From the NCBI GenBank assembly GCA_016763995.1, contig JAESST010000315.1, positions 1 through 45,775 on the forward strand: 45,775 bases of DNA, in the 5' to 3' direction. Of this stretch, positions 27,857-38,059 are shown piece after piece (positions within the stretch are counted from its first letter, which is position 1; each line of letters opens with the position of its first letter). Source of the stretch: Flavobacteriales bacterium (GTDB lineage Bacteria > Bacteroidota > Bacteroidia > Flavobacteriales_E > Vicingaceae). A model generated the notes under the pieces. That model had not been told where the DNA came from, did not search any database, and saw nothing but the letters and a program-made list of their open reading frames with translations. The position numbers were made by a program, and so were the translations under genes.

Positions 27857-27874
27857 AACAAATGTTAGTTGATT

Positions 27875-28462
27875 CTACTTAGAAGCAGCAACCTTAAACT
27901 TAACTTTAAAGTCGTTCATAATTGCTTTGTCTCCAAGATTGTCGAAGAAAGAACCTGAACCATATTTAATATCAAACAAAGTTCTGTCTATTACTATTTC
28001 TCCAATCGCGACCAATTTGTTTTCCTCCTGCATTAAGGTTGTTGGGATTTCAATTCGTTTTGAGATGCCCTTCAAGGTTAGTTCGCAAATTAATTTTAGT
28101 TTGTTATCTGCAGTTTTTTCAGAGCTAGTGATTTTTAATTTCCCTGTGGGATAATCTTCTACTCCAAAAAAATCAGGAGATGTTAAATGCCTTTTAAGTT
28201 TGGCATTCATTCCTTTATTTTCTATATCAGTAACCGCTATTGTATTCATGTCAATGATAATTTCTCCACTTGAAATTATGTCACCTTTAAGAACAACAAA
28301 TCCTTCTATTAATTGAATTGTTCCTTCATGTGAACCTGTTACTTTTTTTCCGACCCATTCTACTTGACTGATTGATTTGTTGATAGTATAAGATTCTCCT
28401 CCCCCTGCAAAGGTGATGATGCAAATTAGGAGAAGCCCTATTGTGCTTGCTAGTTTTTTCAT
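27875..28462 (-). CDS. YceI-family periplasmic protein
   Basis: I prefer the internal ATG at 28462 (MKKLASTIGLLLICIITFAGG signal peptide). The 245-aa extension in the track would overlap the dinB start. VEWVGKKVTGSHEGTI and KAIMNDFKVKFKV fit YceI-like lipid-binding beta-barrels. Confidence 0.8.
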   Translation of the reverse strand: MKKLASTIGLLLICIITFAGGGESYTINKSISQVEWVGKKVTGSHEGTIQLIEGFVVLKGDIISSGEIIIDMNTIAVTDIENKGMNAKLKRHLTSPDFFGVEDYPTGKLKITSSEKTADNKLKLICELTLKGISKRIEIPTTLMQEENKLVAIGEIVIDRTLFDIKYGSGSFFDNLGDKAIMNDFKVKFKVAASK

Positions 28463-28600
28463 TTTGATTAGTTTATGGCGTTTGCTTGAGACAAATGTAT
28501 AGTCTAATAAAAGAAAAATGGAAACGTTTCGAAAAAAATATAAAATTTTAACATTCTTTAAACGAGCAGAATTTGAAGAGCTTCGGTTAACTTTGGAGAG

Positions 28601-29695
28601 ATGCCTGAGCAATTAAAAGATATAAGAAAGATTATCCACATTGATATGGATGCTTTTTATGCTTCAGTTGAACAGATGGATTTTCCTGAATTAAAAGGAA
28701 AACCATTAGCTGTTGGAGGTTCCAGAGAAAGGGGAGTAGTGGCAGCAGCAAGTTATGAAGCTCGAGCCTTTGGAGTGCATTCTGCTTTAGCATCCAGTAT
28801 CGCTGCAAGACGTTGTCCTGATTTAATTTTTGTGCGTCCAAGATTTGATCGGTACAAGGAAGTTTCTTCTCAGATCATGGAAATTTTTCATGAATTTACT
28901 GACCTGGTAGAACCTTTGTCGTTAGATGAAGCTTTTTTGGATGTAACCTACAATAAGAAAGATCTGAAATCGGCAATAAAAATTGCGATGTTGATTCGAA
29001 AGGAGATAAAAGAAAGGGTAGGATTAACGGCTTCAGCCGGAATCTCTTTTAATAAATTCTTAGCAAAGACCGCTTCTGATCTCGATAAGCCGGATGGCTT
29101 GAGTGTTATTTTACCAGATAAAGCAATTGCTTTTATGGAGAAACTTCCCATTGAGCAATTTCATGGAGTTGGAAAAGTAACAGCAAAGAAAATGAAGAAT
29201 CAAGGTGTGTTTTTTGGCTCAGATCTAATGAAAATGCAATGTAGTGAATTGGTTCGGCGATATGGCAAGGCAGGGAAACATTATTACAACATTGTTACCG
29301 CTAATGATACTCGGGAGGTAAAAGCAGATCGAATGCGTAAATCTATAGGTGCAGAAAATACCTTTTCAGAAAATATTATTGAAGAAGCTCAAGTATTATC
29401 TCAGTTAGAAAGAATTCATGAAACTTTGATGAAACGTGTTCTTAAAACAGAAAGCAAAGGCAGGACAGTTACTCTAAAAATTAAATACCACGATTTTACA
29501 GTAAAGACAAGGTCGAAAACGTATGAAAGCTTTACGGATGATTCTGAAATGATATGGAAGACGGTAGTAGAGCTCTTGCACCATCCAACATATTTAGAAA
29601 AAGAAGTTAGATTACTTGGTATATCTATTTCTCAGCTTGATAATTTAAAGAATGTTAAGGGCTTAGGAGCTTACCAGTTGACCTTAGATTTTTAA
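28601..29695 (+). CDS. dinB: DNA polymerase IV (Y-family)
   Basis: IIHIDMDAFYASVEQ, LSLDEAFLDVT, and the SAGISFNKFLAKTASDLDKPDG motif. Confidence 0.95.
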   Translation: MPEQLKDIRKIIHIDMDAFYASVEQMDFPELKGKPLAVGGSRERGVVAAASYEARAFGVHSALASSIAARRCPDLIFVRPRFDRYKEVSSQIMEIFHEFTDLVEPLSLDEAFLDVTYNKKDLKSAIKIAMLIRKEIKERVGLTASAGISFNKFLAKTASDLDKPDGLSVILPDKAIAFMEKLPIEQFHGVGKVTAKKMKNQGVFFGSDLMKMQCSELVRRYGKAGKHYYNIVTANDTREVKADRMRKSIGAENTFSENIIEEAQVLSQLERIHETLMKRVLKTESKGRTVTLKIKYHDFTVKTRSKTYESFTDDSEMIWKTVVELLHHPTYLEKEVRLLGISISQLDNLKNVKGLGAYQLTLDF

Positions 29696-29760
29696 AGAAT
29701 AGGATGAAATTTATTTTAGAGAATTGCAGCGCATTATTTTGTGAAATGGGGTAGAAACTC

Positions 29761-29768
29761 TAATTTTG
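29761..29768 (+). promoter_or_regulatory. Bacteroidota -7 promoter box (TAatTTTG)
   Basis: TAnnTTTG match 35 nt upstream of the sucD ATG. Confidence 0.3.
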
Positions 29769-29802
29769 GAAACCTTATAAATAAAACTAATCGAAATATA
29801 AA

Positions 29803-30681
29803 ATGAGTGTTTTAGTAAATAACGATTCTAAAGTAATAGTACAAGGATTCACTGGTGGAGAAGGTACGTTTCACGCTGGACAGATGATTGAGTATGGAAC
29901 TAACCTTGTAGGTGGAGTTACTCCAGGTAAAGGAGGCCAAACTCATTTAGATAAGCCTGTATTCAATACAGTTGATGAAGCTGTAACTAAAGTTGGAGCA
30001 AACGTTTCTATTATTTTCGTGCCGCCTGCATTTGCTGCGGATGCAATCATGGAGGCTGCTGAAGCAGGAATTGGTGTAATTATTTGTATTACCGAGGGAA
30101 TTCCTACTAAAGACATGATTATTGTAAAAGAATACTTGAAGAACAGAGATTGTAAGTTAATTGGCCCTAACTGTCCTGGAGTGATTACTCCGGGTGAAGC
30201 GAAAGTTAGGATTATGCCAGGTTTTGTATTTAAGGAAGGGAATATTGGAATTGTATCAAAATCTGGAACTTTAACTTATGAAGCTGCTGACCAAGTAGTA
30301 AAAGCTGGTTTAGGAATTACAACTGCAATCGGAATTGGAGGAGACCCAATTATTGGAACTACCACAAAAGAAGCGGTTGAATTATTGATGAATGATCCGG
30401 ATACTGAAGGCATCATCATGATTGGAGAAATTGGAGGATCTATGGAAGCAGATGCTGCAAATTGGATCAAGGAAAATGGAACAAAGCCAGTTGTTGGTTT
30501 TATTGCAGGTAAAACAGCACCAGCAGGAAGAACAATGGGACATGCAGGTGCTATTGTTGGTGGAGCTGATGATACAGCAGAAGCTAAGATGAAGATCATG
30601 AAAGAGTGTGGAATTTCTGTAGCGGAATCTCCAGCTGTAATTGGAAAAATGATGGCAGAATTGATGGGCGTTAGCGCTTAA
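29803..30681 (+). CDS. sucD: succinate--CoA ligase (ADP-forming) alpha subunit
   Basis: [35 protein letters not shown] and the phosphohistidine loop GHAGAI. Confidence 0.97.
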   Translation: MSVLVNNDSKVIVQGFTGGEGTFHAGQMIEYGTNLVGGVTPGKGGQTHLDKPVFNTVDEAVTKVGANVSIIFVPPAFAADAIMEAAEAGIGVIICITEGIPTKDMIIVKEYLKNRDCKLIGPNCPGVITPGEAKVRIMPGFVFKEGNIGIVSKSGTLTYEAADQVVKAGLGITTAIGIGGDPIIGTTTKEAVELLMNDPDTEGIIMIGEIGGSMEADAANWIKENGTKPVVGFIAGKTAPAGRTMGHAGAIVGGADDTAEAKMKIMKECGISVAESPAVIGKMMAELMGVSA

Positions 30682-30707
30682 CAATTATTCACTCGTTATA
30701 AAATATA

Positions 30708-30741
30708 GAAAGCCCATTTAACAAAAGTTAAATGGGCTTTC
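30708..30741. terminator. bidirectional terminator hairpin between sucD and the YdcF-like gene
   Basis: A 13-bp perfect stem, GAAAGCCCATTTA (30708-30720) / TAAATGGGCTTTC (30729-30741), with an 8-nt loop. It lies between convergent genes. Confidence 0.65.
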
Positions 30742-30790
30742 TTATGATTATATATGAGCTAGATTTAATTTACTCTGAATTATTACAGTT

Positions 30791-31555
30791 CTAACAATAG
30801 CCCATAAATTTATAGCTTAGAATACCAAGCCATTCATGTAAAAGCCAATACCAGTTGTTCATTGTTTTAGGGTCTGGAAGTAGAAGATAATCTAATGAAA
30901 AGGTCATGTCTTCACGGCTTAAATAATCCACTGAGAAAGGAGTTATTTGGAATCCTAATTTTTTAAAACAAGCTGCAGAACGGTACATATGTGTTGCTGA
31001 AGTAGAAAGTAATACCTTAGCATCAAAGTGTGTCTTTTCTATTAACTCAATTGAATATTTAGCATTCTCAAAGGTATTTCTAGACCTAGTTTCAATTAAA
31101 ATATCCTTGGAATCAACTCCAATAGAAATTAAATAATCTCGGATAGAAATAGCCTCTATTTTATCGTCGGTTAACTTACCTGAACCACCTGCAAAGAGTA
31201 TTTTTTTAACTCTACCATTGAAATATAGAGGTAGAATATTCAATAGCCTTTCTGAATTGGCAAAAAAGGCTTGTTGTTTTCTTGCATTGTCATAACCTGA
31301 TATCCCTCCTAATACTATTGCTACTTCAAAATGTTCATCATCTTGTATTGAATTACTAAATTGATTTTCCCATGCTTTACTAACTTCATTGAATAGAAAT
31401 TGGTTAGAGAAAATGAAAAGCACTAAAATGGAAGCGACTAAAAGCCTTTTCCTTTTTTTAGAAGATTTAGTGAGAATGCTCCAGATTAAAAGGGTCGAAA
31501 TCCATACAGTAGGCTGTATTAGAAAGAATAAAATCTTTGAGAAAATAAAAAACAT
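30791..31555 (-). CDS. YdcF/DUF218-family (ElyC/SanA-like) membrane-anchored protein
   Basis: N-terminal TM helices, then AIVLGGISGYD...FAGGSG...TFENA motifs typical of DUF218. The start abuts the hemY-like stop. Confidence 0.7.
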   Translation of the reverse strand: MFFIFSKILFFLIQPTVWISTLLIWSILTKSSKKRKRLLVASILVLFIFSNQFLFNEVSKAWENQFSNSIQDDEHFEVAIVLGGISGYDNARKQQAFFANSERLLNILPLYFNGRVKKILFAGGSGKLTDDKIEAISIRDYLISIGVDSKDILIETRSRNTFENAKYSIELIEKTHFDAKVLLSTSATHMYRSAACFKKLGFQITPFSVDYLSREDMTFSLDYLLLPDPKTMNNWYWLLHEWLGILSYKFMGYC

Positions 31556-32920
31556 TTATTGTTCTATCAATTTATTTGCTAAAATTGTGGCATTTTTAAC
31601 ACAATCACTTACCGATATTCCTTTGTAATAGTTGGCGCTAAGATAGAAATTAGGATGTGCAATTAGAAATGAGTTGATACTGTCTTCAATTTCTTGATGA
31701 CCTAATTCGTACTGAGGAATTCCTTTCTTCCACCGAACAAGATTGATCATTTCAAAATTTCCTGATATACCTAATAACTCTTTAATGCTTAATGTTACTT
31801 CAGAAATAATTTCTTGATCACTTTTATGAATGAGTTCAGGGTACTTGCTACCACCACAAATTACAGAGATTAATTCTTTGTTTTTTTGAACAACATGAGG
31901 GAAAAAATGACTGTTGAAGAGGACTCCAAGAAATGGGACTTTCTCCATAGTACGACTCAAAATTCCAAATCCCTTTTGGTTGAATTTTATCTGGTTCGAC
32001 GAGAAGCCTAAATGAACAACAACTGCCGGAACATAATTTATTTTGGAAAGCTGTTGGGAGAAACTAGAAGACAGTTTCGAGCAAATTTTGGAAGTGATAT
32101 TTGCGGGTAAGCAGCAAATTACTTTATCTGCTAATACTGACTTTTCAAGATTATTTTGAGAATAGTTAATCTGGTATCCTTGATCGATTTGTTCAATAGA
32201 ATGGATGCTTGATTGGAAGCGAACATGATCAGATATCTTATTCTCAATTGAATCAGTAAGATGCTGTAAGCCTGTTTTAAAGGTAAATATTTTTTGTTTG
32301 GGAAGGCCTAAGCGATCATACTCAAGCTTCTTTTCCTTCATCAATTTTATCATTCCTTTAATGACGCTTCCATGTTTCTGTTCAGCATCCTTTAGAATAT
32401 TCAAGGTGTAATTGATACTCATCTTTTCAGGATCTCCGGCATAAATACCAGTAACAAATGGAGTAATGAAGTCTTCAAAAATTTGAGATCCAAATCGCCT
32501 TCTTGAAAAGTCGGCTAAACTCTCTTCTAGATTGTTTTGTGTTGGTTTTTTGAAGCGTTCTTTGAGTATAGAAAATAGGGTAGAAAAGCCAAAAAGCTTG
32601 CTTTTTATGGCTGATTTAATACTATTTGGGATTGGTTCTATATTTCCGTCTTTTAAAACAAATCTATTTTTTGCCGCAATATCATCTGGAAAAATTAATT
32701 CATCCCAAAGCTTAAGATCTTTAATTAACTCTTGAATTTCTTTGTTGTTGACCAATACTGTGTTTGGGCCATATTCTACAAGAAAACCATTGATGTTATT
32801 TGATTTAATTTTACCTCCAAGTTGATGACTTTCTTCTAATAGAATAAATTCTTTTCCAGCTTTTTTAAGCTGATAAGCTGCGCTTAAACCGCTAATTCCA
32901 CCCCCAAGAATAACAATCAT
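31556..32920 (-). CDS. hemY: FAD-dependent protoporphyrinogen (or coproporphyrinogen) oxidase, HemY type
   Basis: Dinucleotide-binding N-terminus MIVILGGGISGLSAAYQLKKAG..ILLE..LGGK, ~450-aa amine-oxidase-like length, and a 4-nt overlap with hemN. Confidence 0.75.
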   Translation of the reverse strand: MIVILGGGISGLSAAYQLKKAGKEFILLEESHQLGGKIKSNNINGFLVEYGPNTVLVNNKEIQELIKDLKLWDELIFPDDIAAKNRFVLKDGNIEPIPNSIKSAIKSKLFGFSTLFSILKERFKKPTQNNLEESLADFSRRRFGSQIFEDFITPFVTGIYAGDPEKMSINYTLNILKDAEQKHGSVIKGMIKLMKEKKLEYDRLGLPKQKIFTFKTGLQHLTDSIENKISDHVRFQSSIHSIEQIDQGYQINYSQNNLEKSVLADKVICCLPANITSKICSKLSSSFSQQLSKINYVPAVVVHLGFSSNQIKFNQKGFGILSRTMEKVPFLGVLFNSHFFPHVVQKNKELISVICGGSKYPELIHKSDQEIISEVTLSIKELLGISGNFEMINLVRWKKGIPQYELGHQEIEDSINSFLIAHPNFYLSANYYKGISVSDCVKNATILANKLIEQ

Positions 32921-34278
32921 ATCGTCATAGAAAAAAGTTGAGTTGAGGGTTTGTTTCTCAGTAATCTAGCATCAAAAGCCATGCAGATGTTCCGAACAAA
33001 AGGTTTTCCCTTTTCTGTTACGGTCAGCTGTTGGTTAGAAATTTCTAACAGTTCATCCTGCATCATTTCTTTTAACCGTTTGATTGCATCAATTACAAAC
33101 TGATTTTGTAAGTCTTCATCCTCCCAATTTGTTTCAAAGTGACACATAATGTTGAGGATGTGCTTGCGAATAATTAAATCTTCTTTTGTTAACTCATGAC
33201 CTCTAAAAATAGGAATCTCTCCTTTTTCTATCTCTTCGTAATATTCTTCAACTGTTTTTACATTTTGCGCAAATGCGTACCAGCTATCACTGATACTAGA
33301 AACGCCTAATCCAATCATTAATTGGGTTTTAGAGGCAGAGTAGCCCATAAAATTTCGATGTAGTTTTTTAGCTTCATAAGCCTGATACATTTCGTCACTT
33401 TCAAGTGCAAAATGATCCATTCCCACTTCTTTATATCCTGCTTTAAGTAAAAGTTGGTAACCTGTTTCGTACATTGCTCTTTTAACTTCTGGTGCAGGTA
33501 AGTCATTGTCATCAAATCCTCTTTGTCCGTTTCCTTTAATCCAAGGGACATGAGCATAACTATAAAATGCAATTCGCTCAGGCATTAATTCTTTCACCTT
33601 TTCGATGGTCATTTCTATGCTGTCGACTGTCTGATGAGGAAGTCCATAAACTAGATCGAAGCTTGTAGAGTTATAGCCCAATGCTCTACTTTCTTCTGTG
33701 ACTCTTTTAACATTCGCAAAAGGTTGAATCCGATTGATCGTTTTTTGAACTTTTTCGTCTAAATCCTGAACACCATAACTTGCTCTGGTAAAGCCATGCT
33801 TAGCCATTACTGCTAAATGCGAAGCTGTGGTGTTATTCGGATGCCCTTCGAAGCTATATGAATGTTTCTCGGGAATAATTCCTTTGGACAAAATTCCATT
33901 TAGAAGAAGATCTAAACTCTCTGATCGAAAGAAGGTAGGAGTGCCGCCTCCAAGGTGCAGTTCGCTGATAATCGGTTTGCTATCAAATAGATTTAGGTAT
34001 AAATCCCATTCTTTTAACACTGCAGTAATGTAAGGTGATTCTACTTCGTGATTCTTAGTAATTCTCTTGTTACAACCACAGAAAGTACATAGACTCTCAC
34101 AGAAGGGTAGATGGATGTATAAACTAATTCCTTCTTCTTGATTGCTTTCTGAGAATGATTGCTTGACTGAGTTGATCCAGATCTGTTTTTCTATCCCCTC
34201 CTGATCCCAATAAGGGACAGTTGGATAAGAGGTGTACCGAGGACCTGGAATATTGTATTTTGAGATCAAATTTTCCAC
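32917..34278 (-). CDS. hemN: oxygen-independent coproporphyrinogen III oxidase (radical SAM)
   Basis: PRYTSYPT near the N-terminus, radical-SAM cluster motif LPFCESLCTFCGCN, GGGTPTF, and a HemN C-terminal domain. Confidence 0.9.
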   Translation of the reverse strand: MENLISKYNIPGPRYTSYPTVPYWDQEGIEKQIWINSVKQSFSESNQEEGISLYIHLPFCESLCTFCGCNKRITKNHEVESPYITAVLKEWDLYLNLFDSKPIISELHLGGGTPTFFRSESLDLLLNGILSKGIIPEKHSYSFEGHPNNTTASHLAVMAKHGFTRASYGVQDLDEKVQKTINRIQPFANVKRVTEESRALGYNSTSFDLVYGLPHQTVDSIEMTIEKVKELMPERIAFYSYAHVPWIKGNGQRGFDDNDLPAPEVKRAMYETGYQLLLKAGYKEVGMDHFALESDEMYQAYEAKKLHRNFMGYSASKTQLMIGLGVSSISDSWYAFAQNVKTVEEYYEEIEKGEIPIFRGHELTKEDLIIRKHILNIMCHFETNWEDEDLQNQFVIDAIKRLKEMMQDELLEISNQQLTVTEKGKPFVRNICMAFDARLLRNKPSTQLFSMTI

Positions 34279-34316
34279 GATGTAAAGGTAAACACAGTCA
34301 GTGCTAGAAAGCGTGT

Positions 34317-37300
34317 TTAGTAGAACATTTCTGCCACTTTTTCCTTCTTCCCGATAATTAAATTTCCGTTGAAAAAAATGCTTGATTTTTTCTCAATGAG
34401 AAGATCTTCTTTACAATTTGTAAGTGTTAACTCATTTGTAGTAATCTTTGCAGGGCCGTATTCAGCTTTCTTTTTTAACACAACAAGGCCATACTTACAA
34501 TTTGCGATCGAACAGTTCTCTAAACTAACTTCAGATAAATCTTTGGAAGCAACTCCAATGTTGCACTGTTCCATAGTTGTGTTTTTAACCCAAAGAGTAG
34601 AGCCTTCTCCGCCACTTATTCCTTTGTCTTGAATATTTTTAATAGTGCAGTTCTCTATTTTGATCTGACTAGTACTAAAGTCAATAGCATCATTCCCAAC
34701 TCGGTCGAACAACGAATTTTCCAAGATTCCCGTACAAAAATCAGAATCAAAGGCATCCGCGTAGATGTTTAAAAACTTGCAATTATTTACCTTAAAGTTG
34801 GATCTAATAATGTTGAGCGCGTCTTCACATTGATTGTGTTCAAAAGTAGAGTGATTGATTTCAACTTCTGATTCGTAAAAATTAACTGCCCCTGACAGTG
34901 TCCACCCTAAATAATCTAAGGTATTAAGCTTAGAGAATATAGTATGCTTGATTATGCTCTTTTTGTTTGCTTGAAGCACCACTATTCCGTTAGAGGAATA
35001 ATCAGAAGATGTTATTTTGATTATCCCACTTTCAGTTCCCTTCATTTGTAAAGCTGAATGAGAGATAATTGCAGCGTTGTTGATCATATCTAATTCTACT
35101 CCTGCCTCAAACACCACAATTCTATTTTCAGGAATTAGAATGCGTTCGGTCAATTGGTATTTTCCCAAGCTTAAGAGTAAAGTATCTCCTTTCTTTAGGA
35201 AAAGTTGTTCTGGTTTTGCCTTGTCAGAAACAAGTAATCTTTGATAGGGAGATTTCTCTGTATTTTTTCTCCAGAGAGTCAGTTCTGTTTCAAAAATGGT
35301 ATTAGAATCAAGATCTTTAAAGATTAATTTTGAGACGTTTGGTATTGTAGGAATGTTTAATAGCGTATCAGACGGATGTCCAGATTGAAACTTATCTATC
35401 TCTATTTCTTTCTGGAACTCATATAAAATTTTACCCTTTTCACCTTTTAATCCTAATAGGACTAATTTACGAGGGTTGAAATTTTCAACAACTAAAGTAC
35501 TATTCGAGTCATTTGTTGAATAATATGCATTTAAGAATAGAGGAATAATTGAAGGTCTATATTGATTTGAAACTTCTACTTTTTGGTCAATCAGATTGAT
35601 GTTTTCAAAATAACCACTTGCAAGTTTCTTTTTTAACTCAGGGATTTCGTTCCTTAATGAATGAGCATTTTTTAATTGAAAACTACTGTCAATATGATAA
35701 GCCGGGAATTCTTTTTTTAGAAGTGTTAGATAATATTCTATAGATTCTTTTTGGGAATTGTAAAATTCAAGGAGAAAAGATTCTTGAGTGTATTTTTCAA
35801 GATAAGAAATGTACTTCTTAACAATAGTGTCTGTGGTGAATAGGGAAGGATAAATTAGATTTTCACTAACATCAGTAAAGTTTTGATCAAAAGAAAAAAT
35901 ATGCGCATGAGCTGACTTCTCCTTGTCTATGGAACTTGTAAAATTGTCATAATTAATTAATTCGATTTTACAATTTATAGGGTTATAATAAAACCTTTGA
36001 TTGTGCCACGTTGTGCCATGTTTTCCATTTAATAAATCTGTCAGGGCAAGAAATTTTGCAGTTTTTTCAATATCAAAGATTTCTTCCGCTGGAGTTAACC
36101 TATTTTTATATTGAAAGATAAGGCTATGCGCGATTTCAAATTGAGATTTTAATTTTGGATTCTTAACAACATCTGAAGCAGAGAAGGGAATAATCCTGCT
36201 TGATTGGTATTCTGGCATAAGACTTCGATACCTTTCTTTAGCTTTAGGGTTCAATCCAAACACAGTGTTTCTCCACTTAGTATCTTCATCAAATTTTAAT
36301 ATTGGACCTTCTCTTCTTAAATTAAATTCAATTAATTGTTTGGCAAAATGCTCTTCAATTGCATAATTACCTCTACTCTTTGAGTTAATATAAACAGGTG
36401 CGAAATCATATCGAGTTGTTAGCAATCCTTCTTGAAGAAATAGTTGGTGAGAAACATACTCATGAAGGTAGTATCTGCTTTCAGGGGTTTGTAACGAAAA
36501 GGCCTTCATGCGCTTGAATGTTTTACCTTTTCTTATTTTAACTCTGAAAGACCATTTGGCCCCTTGGATATGATCTAACAAATCACCTTTTAATCTAGTT
36601 TTTATCGGCAAGATGTTTTCTCTAGAAGAAAAACTCCCTTTTTCCCACGAATCCCGACTAAAATGGAGTCCCGTTCTAAATGATTCAAGTCTTTCGTCTT
36701 GAAACCTTTGCATTTGTTCTTCAGTGAAGTACAAAGAAATAACTTCAGGAGTATTATGTTTTAAATACTCTTTTTCAGCTATTAGCTCAATTACCAAATC
36801 ATCGAAGTATGAGCTATCGGATATAGAAAGAAAGGCAAATATTGTAATCGAATCCATATTGGGAGGGATTTCAAATTCTAATAAAATCTTCTCCCATCCG
36901 TTCTCAGCTGTTTCAACTACGCGTGTACTTGATCTAGAGAAAATAGTAGGAAAACCTCCCGCTACAACAAGGCATGATTTTTTAAAGGGGTCTTTTCTCC
37001 AGGCAGATACTTGGTAAAATTGATCTGGCTGTAAATGTTTAATTGTAGTTCCGAAGCAATATTTATAGTCCCCTTTTAATAAAGCACTTTGGGGTGCACT
37101 ATGAAACTCTTTCTTTGATTTAATGCCTCCCTGATAGGTAACAAGAGATACATCTCTATAAATCTTATGAAGGTGTTTTTTCCCACCATCAATATCGAAA
37201 TCCGGAGATACCTTACATTCTAATTTAAAAGGAGGAATCGAATCAGTTTTTTTATATTCACAAGAGCTGAATAAACTAAGTGCAATTGCTAGAAGGATAA

Positions 37301-37340
37301 AACTTCTTTTAAAAGATCGAAGGATATTATCAACAAGCAT
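34317..37340 (-). CDS. exported CotH-kinase-like protein with an N-terminal accessory domain and a C-terminal right-handed beta-helix domain (probable lipoprotein)
   Basis: Signal/lipobox-like MLVDNILRSFKRSFILLAIALSLFSSC. CotH-type core: LHEYVSHQLFLQEGLLTTRYDFAPVYINSKSRGNYAIEEHFAKQLIE ... HNQRFYYNPINCKIELINYDNF. The C-terminal ~300 aa carry repeated N/C/I-rich PbH1-like turns (NCKFLNIYADAFDSDF, IENCTIKNIQDKGISGG, LENCSIANCKYGL). Confidence 0.75.
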   Translation of the reverse strand: MLVDNILRSFKRSFILLAIALSLFSSCEYKKTDSIPPFKLECKVSPDFDIDGGKKHLHKIYRDVSLVTYQGGIKSKKEFHSAPQSALLKGDYKYCFGTTIKHLQPDQFYQVSAWRKDPFKKSCLVVAGGFPTIFSRSSTRVVETAENGWEKILLEFEIPPNMDSITIFAFLSISDSSYFDDLVIELIAEKEYLKHNTPEVISLYFTEEQMQRFQDERLESFRTGLHFSRDSWEKGSFSSRENILPIKTRLKGDLLDHIQGAKWSFRVKIRKGKTFKRMKAFSLQTPESRYYLHEYVSHQLFLQEGLLTTRYDFAPVYINSKSRGNYAIEEHFAKQLIEFNLRREGPILKFDEDTKWRNTVFGLNPKAKERYRSLMPEYQSSRIIPFSASDVVKNPKLKSQFEIAHSLIFQYKNRLTPAEEIFDIEKTAKFLALTDLLNGKHGTTWHNQRFYYNPINCKIELINYDNFTSSIDKEKSAHAHIFSFDQNFTDVSENLIYPSLFTTDTIVKKYISYLEKYTQESFLLEFYNSQKESIEYYLTLLKKEFPAYHIDSSFQLKNAHSLRNEIPELKKKLASGYFENINLIDQKVEVSNQYRPSIIPLFLNAYYSTNDSNSTLVVENFNPRKLVLLGLKGEKGKILYEFQKEIEIDKFQSGHPSDTLLNIPTIPNVSKLIFKDLDSNTIFETELTLWRKNTEKSPYQRLLVSDKAKPEQLFLKKGDTLLLSLGKYQLTERILIPENRIVVFEAGVELDMINNAAIISHSALQMKGTESGIIKITSSDYSSNGIVVLQANKKSIIKHTIFSKLNTLDYLGWTLSGAVNFYESEVEINHSTFEHNQCEDALNIIRSNFKVNNCKFLNIYADAFDSDFCTGILENSLFDRVGNDAIDFSTSQIKIENCTIKNIQDKGISGGEGSTLWVKNTTMEQCNIGVASKDLSEVSLENCSIANCKYGLVVLKKKAEYGPAKITTNELTLTNCKEDLLIEKKSSIFFNGNLIIGKKEKVAEMFY

Positions 37341-37343
37341 AAG

Positions 37344-38057
37344 TTAAACAGCTAAATGAGGGTTGAAGATTTCAATACCCCTTACATACTTTGAAAATTT
37401 ATTCAATCGAATTGGAAGAGTTGAGCTAATATTTTTAACCAAACGATCATTTTTTAGATCATATTTCAGTTCAATAATCTTAGTAGGTTCTTTAAAAGAT
37501 TTCTCCAAAAAACGATTATTATTTAATCTGATGTTAAAGAATGAAAGATTGTAATCTAACGTAAAGCGAAACAAAGCATCGAATGATTGGAAGTATTTTC
37601 GTTCATAGCTGTTTAATAGGGTAGGAATATTACTCTTTAACTCAAGGAGTACGAATTCTGGTAAATCTGAAGCATTAAAAAGTTTGAGCCAATCACTTTT
37701 CGTGAATCTGTCATTCAAAGTAAACGACTTTAGCGGAAACGATTTCTTTTTTCCAGCCGCCCCAAACTTCATTTTGAATTCTAAAATTGGACGCTTAATC
37801 TCTCCAAAGGTATCACCATACCATCGTATTCTAATTTTGGTGCGATTACTTTTTCCGAAATGATTATCGTAATAGTTCGTGAGATTTGGAGTGTCGAAAT
37901 AAATATTATTAATCGTCCTTTTTTTATAAATATCTCTAAATGCGCCACAGTTCATCTTAATCATATTCTCGGCAAAAGCCAAGCTCTGATTTTCCAGAAC
38001 GAACTTTCGTTCGAATCGGGCAGTTTCTAAAACAGTATATTCAGATGAAGTAGACAT
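37344..38057 (-). CDS. VTC-domain (polyphosphate polymerase-like, CYTH/triphosphate-tunnel superfamily) protein
   Basis: ARFERKFVL, TKIRIRWYG, RPILEFKMKFGAAGKKKS and KIIELKYD give the alternating basic/acidic beta-strand pattern of VTC/CYTH tunnels. Length is 237 aa, typical of bacterial VTC proteins. Gaps to neighbours are 2-3 nt. Confidence 0.75.
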   Translation of the reverse strand: MSTSSEYTVLETARFERKFVLENQSLAFAENMIKMNCGAFRDIYKKRTINNIYFDTPNLTNYYDNHFGKSNRTKIRIRWYGDTFGEIKRPILEFKMKFGAAGKKKSFPLKSFTLNDRFTKSDWLKLFNASDLPEFVLLELKSNIPTLLNSYERKYFQSFDALFRFTLDYNLSFFNIRLNNNRFLEKSFKEPTKIIELKYDLKNDRLVKNISSTLPIRLNKFSKYVRGIEIFNPHLAV

Positions 38058-38059
38058 TA

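Noticed and set aside
28521-28530. Palindrome GAAACGTTTC upstream of dinB as a possible SOS/LexA-type operator.
   Set aside because: It is only 10 bp, does not match any LexA box I can name for this phylum, and is easily produced by chance in AT-rich DNA.
27875-28612. The 245-aa version of the YceI-like ORF starting at 28612.
   Set aside because: The extension lacks signal-peptide logic and overlaps the dinB start. The internal ATG at 28462 gives a canonical signal peptide (MKKLASTIGLLLICI...).
30276-30684. Minus-strand ORFs 30276-30599 and 30382-30684, opposite sucD. Minus-strand ORFs 42028-45446, opposite the A2M gene, were treated the same way.
   Set aside because: These are antisense to strongly supported genes. 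Their composition (A/P/I-rich, or Cys/Ser-rich nonsense) is typical of shadow frames.
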